Below are positions 8,287-20,536 of a stretch of 23,959 bases of DNA, in pieces (positions within the stretch are counted from its first letter, which is position 1; every line of letters starts with the position of its first letter). The notes under the pieces were generated by a model. The model was given only the letters and a program-made list of their open reading frames with translations. It was not told the DNA's origin and ran no database searches. This stretch comes from a virus (Duplodnaviria > Heunggongvirae > Uroviricota > Caudoviricetes). A program made the translations under genes and the position numbers. The stretch covers positions 1 to 23,959 of the IMG/VR virus record IMGVR_UViG_2648501400_000002; one strand, written 5' to 3'.

Positions 8287-9045
8287 ATGAGTTGTAAGCC
8301 AATGTTATCATCTTGTATTGGGGTGGTTATGAAGGATGGTGCGCTGCTCAGGAGTTCTTCACTTTTTATTGCCTACATGGGATGCCTTGGATGGGGGAGT
8401 GCTTATTTCTATGGATGGGGTACTTCTTTTTACTACGGCTTCCCATGGTGGATTGTAGGTGCAGGTGTTGATGATGTTGCCAGAAGTTTATTTTTTGCAG
8501 TTATCGTCATTGCTATATTTCTTATCGGTTGGGGTATTGGTGTTGTATTCTTTTTCGCAGTGAAAAGAAAACATTCTATGCAAGAGCTAAATGTATTTCG
8601 CCTTTATTTTGCTGTGGAATTATTGTTTGTGCCGGCAATTATTGAGTTTTCTATATTGAGACAGAAGATTCAGGTACCTCTTTTGCTACTGTCAGCAGCG
8701 ATTGCGCTGGCGGTTACAATTTCGATAAGATCTTATGGGCGATTTTTATCGGTATCATGCTTCTATGATAAGCCATTTATAAAAAAACATTTTTTTGAGA
8801 TTGTGATGATTGCTTTTGTGGCATATTTCTGGCTTTTTTCATTTCTGACAGGATATTACAAACCGCAGTTTAAGAAAGAATATGAAATGATTAATTATAA
8901 TGATGGTTGGTATTATGTTCTTGCTCGTTATGATAATTGTCTGGTTTTGTCTACTTCTTTCAATGCAGGTAGTAAAAGGTTTGTCATTTATCAATCAGCA
9001 CAAGATAAGAATCTTCAGGTTGATATTGTAAGGACCAGAATTTAA
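8287..9045 (+). CDS. Hypothetical polytopic membrane protein (~5 predicted hydrophobic helices plus a C-terminal soluble tail) in the Q-S moron slot
   Basis: 252-aa ORF in AT-rich DNA, absent from lambda at this position. Hydrophobic helices such as LFFAVIVIAIFLIGWGIGVVFFFAV. Start uncertain: 8287, or 8329 after a GGGGTGG-like site. Confidence 0.65.
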   Translation: MSCKPMLSSCIGVVMKDGALLRSSSLFIAYMGCLGWGSAYFYGWGTSFYYGFPWWIVGAGVDDVARSLFFAVIVIAIFLIGWGIGVVFFFAVKRKHSMQELNVFRLYFAVELLFVPAIIEFSILRQKIQVPLLLLSAAIALAVTISIRSYGRFLSVSCFYDKPFIKKHFFEIVMIAFVAYFWLFSFLTGYYKPQFKKEYEMINYNDGWYYVLARYDNCLVLSTSFNAGSKRFVIYQSAQDKNLQVDIVRTRI

Positions 9046-9178
9046 TTGGCTGCATAAATAATATTTTAAGTTGCAAGTTGGCTATTCGTAGGAATAGAAC
9101 CTTAGGCATGCTGAATGCGTTTTCTGAACATTGTTTTATAAACTGTGTCTGCTTGCTGTTGTGATCCTGCTTTTAGTG

Positions 9179-9289
9179 ATGGTGATGATGGATTTCACCA
9201 GCAGGATAATGTTGGTACTGACTGATGGCGCTCTGGTCTGCGGCATTGTGGTATTGCTGTGGCCGATGATGAAAAAACAGAATGAATAA
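9179..9289 (+). CDS. Candidate small hydrophobic peptide (36 aa) MVMMDFTSRIMLVLTDGALVCGIVVLLWPMMKKQNE
   Basis: Short ORF below the track cutoff, read by hand. One predicted membrane helix with a basic C-terminus. No convincing ribosome-binding site. Confidence 0.3.
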   Translation: MVMMDFTSRIMLVLTDGALVCGIVVLLWPMMKKQNE

Positions 9290-9424
9290 TCCTTGACTTT
9301 TTTGTTTACTGTTTATTAAAAAATCAACCGCATGGTGAATCCTCCTTGGAGGGGCTAAATGATCGAGTTTTAAGGGCACGTAGCGAGTTCTGTTTGATCA
9401 TTGCAGAACTTAGCGGGAGGCGCC

Positions 9425-9541
9425 ATGCGTACATCACTAATGTTATTTCCTTCTATCATTTTCCTTGTGAGTTCTGGCTGCGCATGGCGCGGCCTTTTTT
9501 TTATGACCTGCCACTGGCAGATGGTCATCCTGTGATTTGAT
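9425..9541 (+). CDS. Candidate small lipoprotein-like peptide (38 aa) MRTSLMLFPSIIFLVSSGCAWRGLFFMTCHWQMVIL
   Basis: GGGAGG 5 nt upstream of the ATG at 9425. Signal-like hydrophobic N-terminus ending in a lipobox-like VSSGC. A weak CCGG-TT-CCGG plus T-run follows. Confidence 0.35.
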
Positions 9542-9682
9542 TCCGGTTCCGGCTTTTTAACACTGTTCCTGTACACGGGAGAAATTCTATGTCGATTAAT
9601 CGTTATGATATTGGTTACAAGAAGTACCACGTATTGTGTTGAGATAGAAAGCCTGGTGCCAGAGGTAAATGCAGCAGCATAA

Positions 9683-9731
9683 TAAAAAAGAGCCAGCGCA
9701 GAAGAGAACGGGTAAAAGAGTCTGCGCTGGC
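9683..9731 (-). terminator. Putative minus-strand intrinsic terminator
   Basis: 11-bp GC-rich inverted repeat GCCAGCGCAGA / TCTGCGCTGGC (9692-9702 and 9721-9731), followed on the minus strand by TCTTTTTT. The 18-nt loop is larger than typical. Confidence 0.45.
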
Positions 9732-9910
9732 GTGGGGATATTCCCCGTGGAGAAATGATATGTAACACACATCGGGAACCTTTCTATATAAACATTATCA
9801 TTATTGTCAATCATAACAGTCAGGTATTATGACGTTTATGCATCAGGGCCATCAGGAATTAACTGGTGGCTTTTTATTGTTGTCAGCTTCCGGATAACGG
9901 GAGACGGGGT

Positions 9911-10126
9911 ATGTACCAGATGGAAAAAATCACAACAGGTGTGTCATACACCACGTCAGCGGTGGGGACGGGATACTGGCTACTGCAGTTGCTGGACAAA
10001 GTCTCCCCATCCCAGTGGGTGGCAATAGGCGTATTGGGTAGCCTGGTGTTTGGCTTGCTGACGTATCTGACAAACCTTTATTTCAAGATTAAAGAAGATA
10101 AGCGTAAGGCTGCGAGAGGTGAATAA
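9911..10126 (+). CDS. S: Class II holin (phage-21 S-type pinholin) with dual-start motif
   Basis: ...[40 protein letters not shown] matches recalled S21. Two in-frame starts, ATG 9911 (MYQMEK...) and ATG 9920 (MEK...), as in the antiholin/holin pair. Confidence 0.9.
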   Translation: MYQMEKITTGVSYTTSAVGTGYWLLQLLDKVSPSQWVAIGVLGSLVFGLLTYLTNLYFKIKEDKRKAARGE

Positions 10127-10623
10127 TGTCGCCATCATTACGCAAGGCTGTTGCTGCTGCTATTGGTGGTGGGGCTGTTGCCATAGCGTCTGTGCTCATC
10201 ACTGGTCCGAGTGGTGACGATGGCCTGGAAGGTGTCAGCTACATACCATACGAAGATATCGTTGGCGTATGGACTGTATGTCACGGACACACCGGAAAAG
10301 ACATCATTCCCGGTAAAACGTATACCGAAGCAGAATGCAAAGCCCTCCTGAATAAAGACCTTGCCATGGTCGCCAGACAAATTAACCCGTACATCAAAGT
10401 CGATATACCGGAAACAACGCGCGGCGCTCTTTACTCGTTCGTTTACAACGTGGGCGCTGGTAATTTCAGAACATCGACGCTTCTTCGCAAAATAAACCAG
10501 GGTGATATCAAAGGCGCATGTGACCAGCTACGTCGCTGGACATACGCTGGCGGTAAGCAATGGAAAGGGCTGATGACCCGTCGTGATATTGAGCGTGAAG
10601 TCTGTTTGTGGGGGCAGCAATGA
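10126..10623 (+). CDS. R: SAR endolysin (lysozyme, phage-21 R-type)
   Basis: 165-aa product [59 protein letters not shown]... matches recalled R21, including the Gly/Ala-rich N-terminal signal-anchor-release segment. Confidence 0.95.
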   Translation: MSPSLRKAVAAAIGGGAVAIASVLITGPSGDDGLEGVSYIPYEDIVGVWTVCHGHTGKDIIPGKTYTEAECKALLNKDLAMVARQINPYIKVDIPETTRGALYSFVYNVGAGNFRTSTLLRKINQGDIKGACDQLRRWTYAGGKQWKGLMTRRDIEREVCLWGQQ

Positions 10624-11087
10624 GCAGGGTAACCGCGATTATCTCCGCTCTGGTTATTTGCATCATCCTCTGCCTGTCATGGGCTGTTAATCATTACCGT
10701 GATAACGCCATCGCCTACAAAGAGCAGCGTGATAAAAAAGTCAGTGAGCTGAAGCAGGCGACTGCCACCATTACTGACATGCAGCAACGCCAGCGTGCTG
10801 CTGATGTACTCGATGCTAAATACACGAAGGAGTTGGCTGATGCGAAAGCTGAAAATGATGCTCTTCGGCGCAAGCTTGATAATGGTGGTCGGGTGCTCGT
10901 CGAAGGAAAATGCTCTGTGCCATCCTCAGCCGAAACCTCCAGCGCCTCCGGCATGGGCAATGATGCCACCGTCGAACTCTCTCCAGTTGCTGGACGAAAC
11001 GTTCTCGGTATCCGGGACGGAATTATCCGTGACCAAACAGCACTGAGAACGCTTCAGGAGTACATCAGGACGCAATGCCTGAAATAA
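10620..11087 (+). CDS. Rz: Rz (i-spanin)
   Basis: [40 protein letters not shown]... matches recalled lambda Rz. ATGA overlap with the R stop. Confidence 0.9.
   Translation: MSRVTAIISALVICIILCLSWAVNHYRDNAIAYKEQRDKKVSELKQATATITDMQQRQRAADVLDAKYTKELADAKAENDALRRKLDNGGRVLVEGKCSVPSSAETSSASGMGNDATVELSPVAGRNVLGIRDGIIRDQTALRTLQEYIRTQCLK
10840..11046 (+). CDS. Rz1: Rz1 (o-spanin lipoprotein) embedded in the +1 frame of Rz
   Basis: [23 protein letters not shown]...[14 protein letters not shown] has the lipobox VVGC and a proline-rich core like lambda Rz1, and is nested within Rz. Confidence 0.8.
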   Translation: MRKLKMMLFGASLIMVVGCSSKENALCHPQPKPPAPPAWAMMPPSNSLQLLDETFSVSGTELSVTKQH

Positions 11088-11120
11088 TTTTTTTGCAAAT
11101 CACAAAGTCAATTTAATGAG

Positions 11121-11151
11121 CCTCGCGATGCGGGGCTTTTTTATGTCCGCA
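11121..11151 (+). terminator. Possible intrinsic terminator after the lysis cassette
   Basis: CCTCGC-GAT-GCGGGG hairpin (with one G-U pair) followed by CTTTTTTAT. Confidence 0.4.
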
Positions 11152-11285
11152 GTAAACGCGCATCTCACGCGCATATTAACGAGAGCCTTTCAGTAAGCGA
11201 GCCTGAGAAATGCCGTTATAGGTGGCGACCTCTCTCGGGCGGCTTTTCTGTGAGACAGGCTCACTTTCTAAAAGGTAAAGACGCT

Positions 11286-11810
11286 ATGAATAATCATTCA
11301 GTTATTCCAGCCTTCGACTTCCGAGAAATGGTGCAAGCCAAAAACGGAGAGGTCGTTACCACATCCAGAAAAATTGCCAAGTACTTCGGCAAGCGACACG
11401 GTGATGTTCTCAGGAAAATCGAGCAGGTTAAGGCTGATTGCTCGCGTGAGTTTAGCCAACGCAATTTTGCGTCGGCTGATTATATCGATGAGCAGGGCAA
11501 GGTTCGCCCGATGTACAGCCTGACGAAAGATGGCTGGATCATGGTTGTGATGGGGTTCACCGGGAAAGCTGCTGCGGCAATCAAGGAGAGCTATATCGCA
11601 GCATTCAACTGGATGGCAGAGCAACTGAGCCGCCGCATGGCAATTGGCGAAGAAATGCAGCACCGCTACGCCATCAAAGAAACACGCTCAAAGCTGAAAG
11701 GTACGATCGGCAGTCGGTTAATGAACGAACGGAAGAGAGAGAAGCGTGTCCTGGCTGTCGAGCATGAATACATTTTGCAGGTGACACAGCCTGAACTGCT
11801 GATTAATTGA
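11286..11810 (+). CDS. rha: Rha-family phage regulatory protein
   Basis: N-terminus MNNHSVIPAFDFREMVQAKNGEVVTTSRKIAKYFGKRHGDVLRKIEQ resembles the Rha domain as I recall it. Occupies the slot between Rz and cos where lambda carries bor. Confidence 0.7.
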   Translation: MNNHSVIPAFDFREMVQAKNGEVVTTSRKIAKYFGKRHGDVLRKIEQVKADCSREFSQRNFASADYIDEQGKVRPMYSLTKDGWIMVVMGFTGKAAAAIKESYIAAFNWMAEQLSRRMAIGEEMQHRYAIKETRSKLKGTIGSRLMNERKREKRVLAVEHEYILQVTQPELLIN

Positions 11811-12221
11811 AGATGTCATTACAAAGCCTATCTACGGGTGGGCTTGATAATGGCTTATACCCTGCACGGGATAACTTAACTGATATCCCTTTTAACGGAT
11901 AAAGGTATTCAGGCCTGACACATCATGCGCTGTATCGTCGCCGTATTCCCGCATTAACCATGACCGTAGCCCGACGGGGAACTCCTCTGCGCGAGTGTGC
12001 GGGAATAATCAAAAACGATGCACACCGGGTTTTTACCGCGTTTATGATTCGCGGGTTTGTCCCTCATGCTCGCCAGTCCTGTGCGGGGGTGGAAGAAACA
12101 GGACGTGTATTCAGGTCTGTGCAACCGTGGTTGCACGACTTTTGTCGTTCAGCTATTAAATCCCATTACGAAGTCGACCAGAACGGCTGACGGGTCCTTT
12201 CCGGCAATCCGACAGGTTACG

Positions 12222-12233
12222 GGGCGGTGACCT
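12222..12233. other. cos: cos cohesive-end site (cosN 12-nt overhang GGGCGGTGACCT), flanked by cosQ upstream and cosB downstream
   Basis: GACAGGTTACG/GGGCGGTGACCT/CGCGGGTTTTCGCTATTTATGAAAATTTTCCGG is collinear with the recalled lambda genome ends (lambda GGGCGGCGACCT; one C to T difference). Nu1 starts about 180 bp downstream, as in lambda. Confidence 0.85.
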
Positions 12234-12410
12234 CGCGGGTTTTCGCTATTTATGAAAATTTTCCGGTTTAAGGCGTTTCCGTTATTCTTCGCCGTAACTT
12301 CATGTTTTTATTTAAAACACCCCCTGAAAAGAAAGGAAACGACAGGTGCTGAAAACGGGCTTTTGGGCCTTTGTCGTTTCCTTTCTCTGTTTTTGGCCGT
12401 GGAATGAACA

Positions 12411-12930
12411 ATGGAAGTCAACAAAAAGCAGCTGGCTGACATTTTCGGTGCGAGTATCCGTACCATTCAGAACTGGCAGGAGCAGGGAATGCCCGTTCTG
12501 CGAGGCGGTGGGAAGGGTAATGAGGTGCTTTATGACTCTGCCGCCGTCATAAAATGGTATGCCGAAAGGGATGCTGAAATTGAGAACGAAAAGCTGCGCC
12601 GGGAAGTTGAAGAACTGCGGCAGGCCAGCGAGGCAGATCTCCAGCCAGGGACTATTGAGTACGAACGCCATCGACTTACGCGTGCGCAGGCCGACGCACA
12701 GGAGCTGAAAAATGCCAGAGACTCCGCTGAAGTGGTGGAAACCGCATTCTGTACTTTCGTGCTGTCGCGGATCGCAGGTGAAATTGCCAGTATTCTCGAC
12801 GGGATCCCCCTGTCGGTGCAGCGGCGTTTTCCGGAACTGGAAAACCGACATGTTGATTTCCTGAAACGGGATATCATCAAAGCCATGAACAAAGCAGCCG
12901 CGCTGGATGAACTGATACCGGGGTTGCTGA

Positions 12931-12956
<26 letters not shown>
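12411..12956 (+). CDS. nu1: Terminase small subunit Nu1
   Basis: 181-aa product MEVNKKQLADIFGASIRTIQNWQEQGMPVLRGGGKGNEVLYD... near-identical to recalled lambda Nu1. Confidence 0.97.
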
Positions 12957-16637
<3,681 letters not shown>

Positions 16638-16657
<20 letters not shown>

Positions 16658-17957
16658 TCTCCCGCATATTGCCAGCATGGCCTTTAATGAGCCGCTGATG
16701 CTTGAACCCGCCTATGCGCGGGTTTTCTTTTGTGCGCTTGCAGGCCAGCTTGGGATCAGCCGCCTGACAGATGCGGTGTCCGGTGACAGCCTGACTGCCG
16801 GAGAGGCACCCGCGACGCTGGCGTTATCCGGTGATGATGACGGACCTCGACAGGCCCGCAGTTATCAGGTCATGAACGGCATCGCCGTGCTGCCGGTTTC
16901 CGGCACGCTGGTCAGCCGGACGCGGGCGCTGCAGCCGTATTCGGGGATGACCGGTTACAACGGCATTATCGCCCGTCTGCAACAGGCTGCCAGCGATCCG
17001 ATGGTGGACGGCATTCTGCTCGATATGGACACGCCCGGCGGGATGGTGGCGGGGGCATTTGACTGCGCTGACATCATCGCCCGTGTGCGTGACATAAAAC
17101 CGGTATGGGCGCTTGCCAACGACATGAACTGCAGTGCAGGTCAGTTGCTTGCCAGTGCCGCTTCCCGGCGTCTGGTCACGCAGACCGCCCGGACAGGCTC
17201 CATCGGCGTCATGATGGCTCACAGCAATTACGGTGCTGCGCTGGAGAAACAGGGCGTGGAAATCACGCTGATTTACAGCGGCAGCCATAAGGTGGATGGC
17301 AACCCCTACAGCCATCTTCCGGATGACGTCCGGGAAACACTGCAGTCCCGGATGGATGCAACCCGCCAGATGTTTGCGCAGAAAGTGTCGGCATATACCG
17401 GCCTGTCCGTGCAGGCTGTTCTGGATACCGAGGCTGCAGTGTACAGCGGTCAGGAGGCCATTGATGCCGGACTGGCTGATGAACTTGTTAACAGCACCGA
17501 TGCGATCACCGTCATGCGTGATGCACTGGATGCACGTAAATCCCGTCTCTCAGGAGGGCGAATGACCAAAGAGACTCAATCAACAACTGTTTCAGCCACT
17601 GCTTTGCAGGCTGACGTTACTGACGTGGTGTCAGCGACGGAGGGCGAGAACGCCAGCGCGGCGCAGCCGGACGTGAACGCGCAGATCACCGCAGCGGTTG
17701 CGGCAGAAAACAGTCGCATTATGGGGATCCTCAACTGTGAGGAGGCTCACGGACGCGAAGAACAGGCACGCGTGCTGGCCGGAACCCCCGGTATGACCGT
17801 GGAAACGGCCCGCCGCATTCTGGCAGCTGCACCACAGAGTGCACAGGCGCGCAGTGACACTGCGCTGGATCGTCTGATGCAGGGTGCACCGGCACCGCTG
17901 GCTGCAGGTAACCCGGCATCTGATGCCGTTAACGATTTGCTGAACACACCAGTGTAA
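16638..17957 (+). CDS. C: Head maturation protease / minor capsid protein C (GTG start)
   Basis: VTAELRNLPHIASMAFNEPLMLEPAYARVFF... matches recalled lambda gpC (439 aa). Start placed at GTG 16638 after GGAGGAG, overlapping B by 20 nt as in lambda. The track ORF extends artificially upstream. Confidence 0.92.
17352..17957 (+). CDS. nu3: Scaffolding protein Nu3 (in-frame internal start within C)
   Basis: Internal ATG at 17352 (MDATRQMFAQKVSAYTG...), in frame with C and sharing its stop, matching the lambda arrangement as I recall it. Confidence 0.6.
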   Translation: MDATRQMFAQKVSAYTGLSVQAVLDTEAAVYSGQEAIDAGLADELVNSTDAITVMRDALDARKSRLSGGRMTKETQSTTVSATALQADVTDVVSATEGENASAAQPDVNAQITAAVAAENSRIMGILNCEEAHGREEQARVLAGTPGMTVETARRILAAAPQSAQARSDTALDRLMQGAPAPLAAGNPASDAVNDLLNTPV

Positions 17958-17966
17958 GGGATGTTT

Positions 17967-18299
17967 ATGACGAGCAAAGAAACCTTTACCCATTACCAGC
18001 CGCTGGGCAACAGTGACCCGGCTCATACCGCAACCGCGCCCGGCGGATTGAGTGCGAAAGCGCCTGCAATGACCCCGCTGATGCCGGATACCTCCACCCG
18101 TAAGCTGGTTGCGTGGGATGGCACCACCGACGGTGCTGCCGTTGGCATCCTGGCGGTTGCTGCTGACCAGACCAGCACCACGCTGACGTTCTACAAGTCA
18201 GGCACGTTCCGTTATGAGGATGTGCTCTGGCCGGAGGCTGCCACCGACGAGACGAAAAAACGGACCGCGTTTGCCGGAACGGCAATCAGCATCGTTTAA
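17967..18299 (+). CDS. D: Head decoration protein D
   Basis: [39 protein letters not shown]... (110 aa) matches recalled lambda gpD. Confidence 0.96.
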   Translation: MTSKETFTHYQPLGNSDPAHTATAPGGLSAKAPAMTPLMPDTSTRKLVAWDGTTDGAAVGILAVAADQTSTTLTFYKSGTFRYEDVLWPEAATDETKKRTAFAGTAISIV

Positions 18300-18320
18300 C
18301 CTTACCCTTCATCACTAAAG

Positions 18321-18341
18321 GCCGCCTGTGCGGCTTTTTTT
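18321..18341 (+). terminator. Short D-E intergenic hairpin with T-tract (partial terminator or attenuator)
   Basis: GCCGC-CTGT-GCGGC followed by TTTTTTT, between the D stop and the E start. Confidence 0.45.
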
Positions 18342-18354
18342 ACGGGATTTTTTT

Positions 18355-19380
18355 ATGTCGATGTACACAACCGCCCAGCTGCTGGCGGCAAATGAGCAGA
18401 AATTTAAGTTTGATCCGCTGTTTCTGCGTCTCTTTTTCCGTGAGAGCTATCCCTTCACCACGGAGAAAGTCTATCTCTCACAAATTCCGGGACTGGTAAA
18501 CATGGCGCTGTACGTTTCGCCGATTGTTTCCGGTGAGGTTATCCGCTCCCGTGGCGGCTCCACCTCTGAATTTACGCCGGGATATGTCAAACCCAAGCAT
18601 GAGGTGAATCCGCAGATGACCCTGCGTCGCCTGCCGGATGAAGATCCGCAGAATCTGGCGGACCCGGCTTACCGCCGCCGTCGCATCATCCTGCAGAACA
18701 TGCGTGACGAGGAGCTGGCCATTGCCCAGGTCGAAGAGATGCAGGCCGTTTCTGCCGTGCTCAGGGGCAAATACACCATGACCGGTGAAGCCTTCGATCC
18801 GGTTGAGGTGGATATGGGCCGCAGTGCGGCGAATAACATCACGCAGTCCGGCGGCACGGAGTGGAGTAAGCGTGATAAGTCCACGTATGACCCGACCGAC
18901 GATATCGAAGCCTACGCGCTGAACGCCAGCGGTGTGGTGAATATCATCGTGTTTGATCCGAAAGGCTGGGCGCTGTTCCGTTCCTTCAAAGCCGTCAGGG
19001 AGAAGCTGGATACCCGTCGCGGCTCTCATTCCGAACTGGAGACAGCGGTAAAAGACCTGGGCAAAGCGGTGTCTTATAAGGGAATGTATGGCGATGTGGC
19101 CATCGTCGTGTATTCCGGACAGTACGTGGAAAATGGTGTCAAAAAGAACTTCCTGCCGGACAACACGATGGTGCTGGGCAACACTCAGGCACGCGGTCTG
19201 CGCACCTATGGCTGCATTCAGGATGCGGACGCACAGCGCGAAGGCATTAACGCCTCTGCCCGTTACCCGAAAAACTGGGTGACCACCGGCGATCCGGCGC
19301 GTGAGTTCACCATGATTCAGTCAGCACCGCTGATGCTGCTGGCTGACCCTGATGAGTTCGTGTCCGTACAACTGGCGTAA
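18355..19380 (+). CDS. E: Major capsid protein E
   Basis: MSMYTTAQLLAANEQKFKFDPLFLRLFFRESYPFTTEKVYLSQIPGL... (341 aa) matches recalled lambda gpE. Confidence 0.97.
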   Translation: MSMYTTAQLLAANEQKFKFDPLFLRLFFRESYPFTTEKVYLSQIPGLVNMALYVSPIVSGEVIRSRGGSTSEFTPGYVKPKHEVNPQMTLRRLPDEDPQNLADPAYRRRRIILQNMRDEELAIAQVEEMQAVSAVLRGKYTMTGEAFDPVEVDMGRSAANNITQSGGTEWSKRDKSTYDPTDDIEAYALNASGVVNIIVFDPKGWALFRSFKAVREKLDTRRGSHSELETAVKDLGKAVSYKGMYGDVAIVVYSGQYVENGVKKNFLPDNTMVLGNTQARGLRTYGCIQDADAQREGINASARYPKNWVTTGDPAREFTMIQSAPLMLLADPDEFVSVQLA

Positions 19381-19421
19381 TCATGGCCCTTCGGGGCCAT
19401 TTTCTCTCTGTGGAGGAGTCC

Positions 19422-19817
19422 ATGACGAAAGATGAACTGATTTCCCGTCTTCAGGTGCTGGGTGAGCAACTGAACCGTGATGTCAGCCTGACGGGGACGA
19501 AAGAAGAACTGGCGCTCCGTGTGGCAGAGCTGGAAGAGGAGCTTGATGACACGGATGACGCTGCCGGTCAGGACACGTCTGTCAGCCCGGAAAATGCGCT
19601 GACCGGGCATGAAAATGAGGTGGTGTCAGCGCAGCCGGGTACCGTGACTGATACGGCTGATCTGGTCACGGTTGTGGCACTGGTGACGCTGCATACTGAT
19701 GCACTTCACGCCACGCGGGATGAGGCTGTGGCATTTGTGCTGCCGGGAACGGCGTTCCGTGTTTCTGCCAGTGTGGCAGCCGAAATGACAGAACATGGCC
19801 TGGCCAGAATGCAATAA
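19422..19817 (+). CDS. FI: DNA packaging protein FI
   Basis: MTKDELISRLQVLGEQLNRDVSLTGTKEELALRVAELEEEL... matches recalled lambda FI. One codon shorter than the lambda length I recall. Confidence 0.93.
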   Translation: MTKDELISRLQVLGEQLNRDVSLTGTKEELALRVAELEEELDDTDDAAGQDTSVSPENALTGHENEVVSAQPGTVTDTADLVTVVALVTLHTDALHATRDEAVAFVLPGTAFRVSASVAAEMTEHGLARMQ

Positions 19818-19828
19818 CGGGAGGCGCT

Positions 19829-20182
19829 GTGGCTGATTTCGATAACCTGTTCGATGCTGCCATTGCCCGCGCCGATGAAACGATACGCGGGTACATGGGA
19901 ACGTCAGCCACCATGACATCCGGTGAGCAGTCCGGCGCAGTAATACGTGGTGTTTTTGATGACCCTGAAAATATCAGCTATGCCGGACAGGGCGTGCGTG
20001 TTGAAGGCTCCAGCCCGTCCCTGTTTGTCCGGACTGATGATGTGCGGCAGCTGCGGCGCGGCGACACGCTGACCATCGGTGAGGAAAACTTCTGGATAGA
20101 CCGGATTTCACCGGATGATGGCGGAAGCTGTCATCTCTGGCTTGGGCGTGGCGTGCCGCCTGCCGTTAACCGTCGTCGCTGA
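19829..20182 (+). CDS. FII: Head-tail connector protein FII
   Basis: 117-aa product MADFDNLFDAAIARADETIRGYMGTSATMTSGEQSG... matches recalled lambda FII. Confidence 0.95.
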   Translation: MADFDNLFDAAIARADETIRGYMGTSATMTSGEQSGAVIRGVFDDPENISYAGQGVRVEGSSPSLFVRTDDVRQLRRGDTLTIGEENFWIDRISPDDGGSCHLWLGRGVPPAVNRRR

Positions 20183-20193
20183 AAGGAGGAGGT

Positions 20194-20499
20194 ATGGCCA
20201 TAAAAGGTCTTGAGCAGGCCGTTGAAAACCTCAGCCGTATCAGCAAAACGGCAGTGCCCGGTGCCTCCGCAATGGTCATTAACCGCGTGGCCACAACGGC
20301 AATGAATCAGTCGGCGTCACAGGTTGCCCGTGAGACAAAGGTGCGGCGAAAACTGGTAAAGGAAAGGGCCAGACTGAAAAAGGCCACGGTCAAAAATCCG
20401 CACGTAAAAATCATTGTTAACCGCGGTGATTTACCTGTCATCAAACTGGGGATACGGATGATGCGCCGCGCGATAAATGCACTCTATCTTGTGCGATAA
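20194..20499 (+). pseudogene. Z: Tail protein Z, 3'-truncated; lambda-like sequence ends at about 20455
   Basis: First ~87 codons (MAIKGLEQAVENLSRISKTAVPGA...NRGDLPVIKLG) match recalled lambda Z (192 aa). The sequence then diverges and hits a stop at 20497-20499. No U, V, G, T, H, M, L, K, I or J genes follow. Confidence 0.85.
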
Positions 20500-20536
20500 A
20501 TGGCATCCACGCGGCGTTTCATTATTTGAAAAAGAA

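Noticed and set aside
9173-9379. Minus-strand 68-aa ORF ending in EIHHHHH
   Set aside because: Antisense to the hydrophobic small ORF at 9179-9289, no ATG at the annotated start, no ribosome-binding site. The His run is a by-product of reverse-strand ATGATGGTGATG.
9370-9814. Minus-strand ORFs 9370-9768 and 9596-9814
   Set aside because: Both read straight through the strong inverted repeat and T-tract I interpret as a terminator, lack ribosome-binding sites, and have implausible composition; more likely noncoding.
8050-9910. tRNA genes in the Q-S region, as found in some Stx phages
   Set aside because: I found no T-loop-like GGTTCGAATCC motif or cloverleaf-compatible segment by eye; none called.
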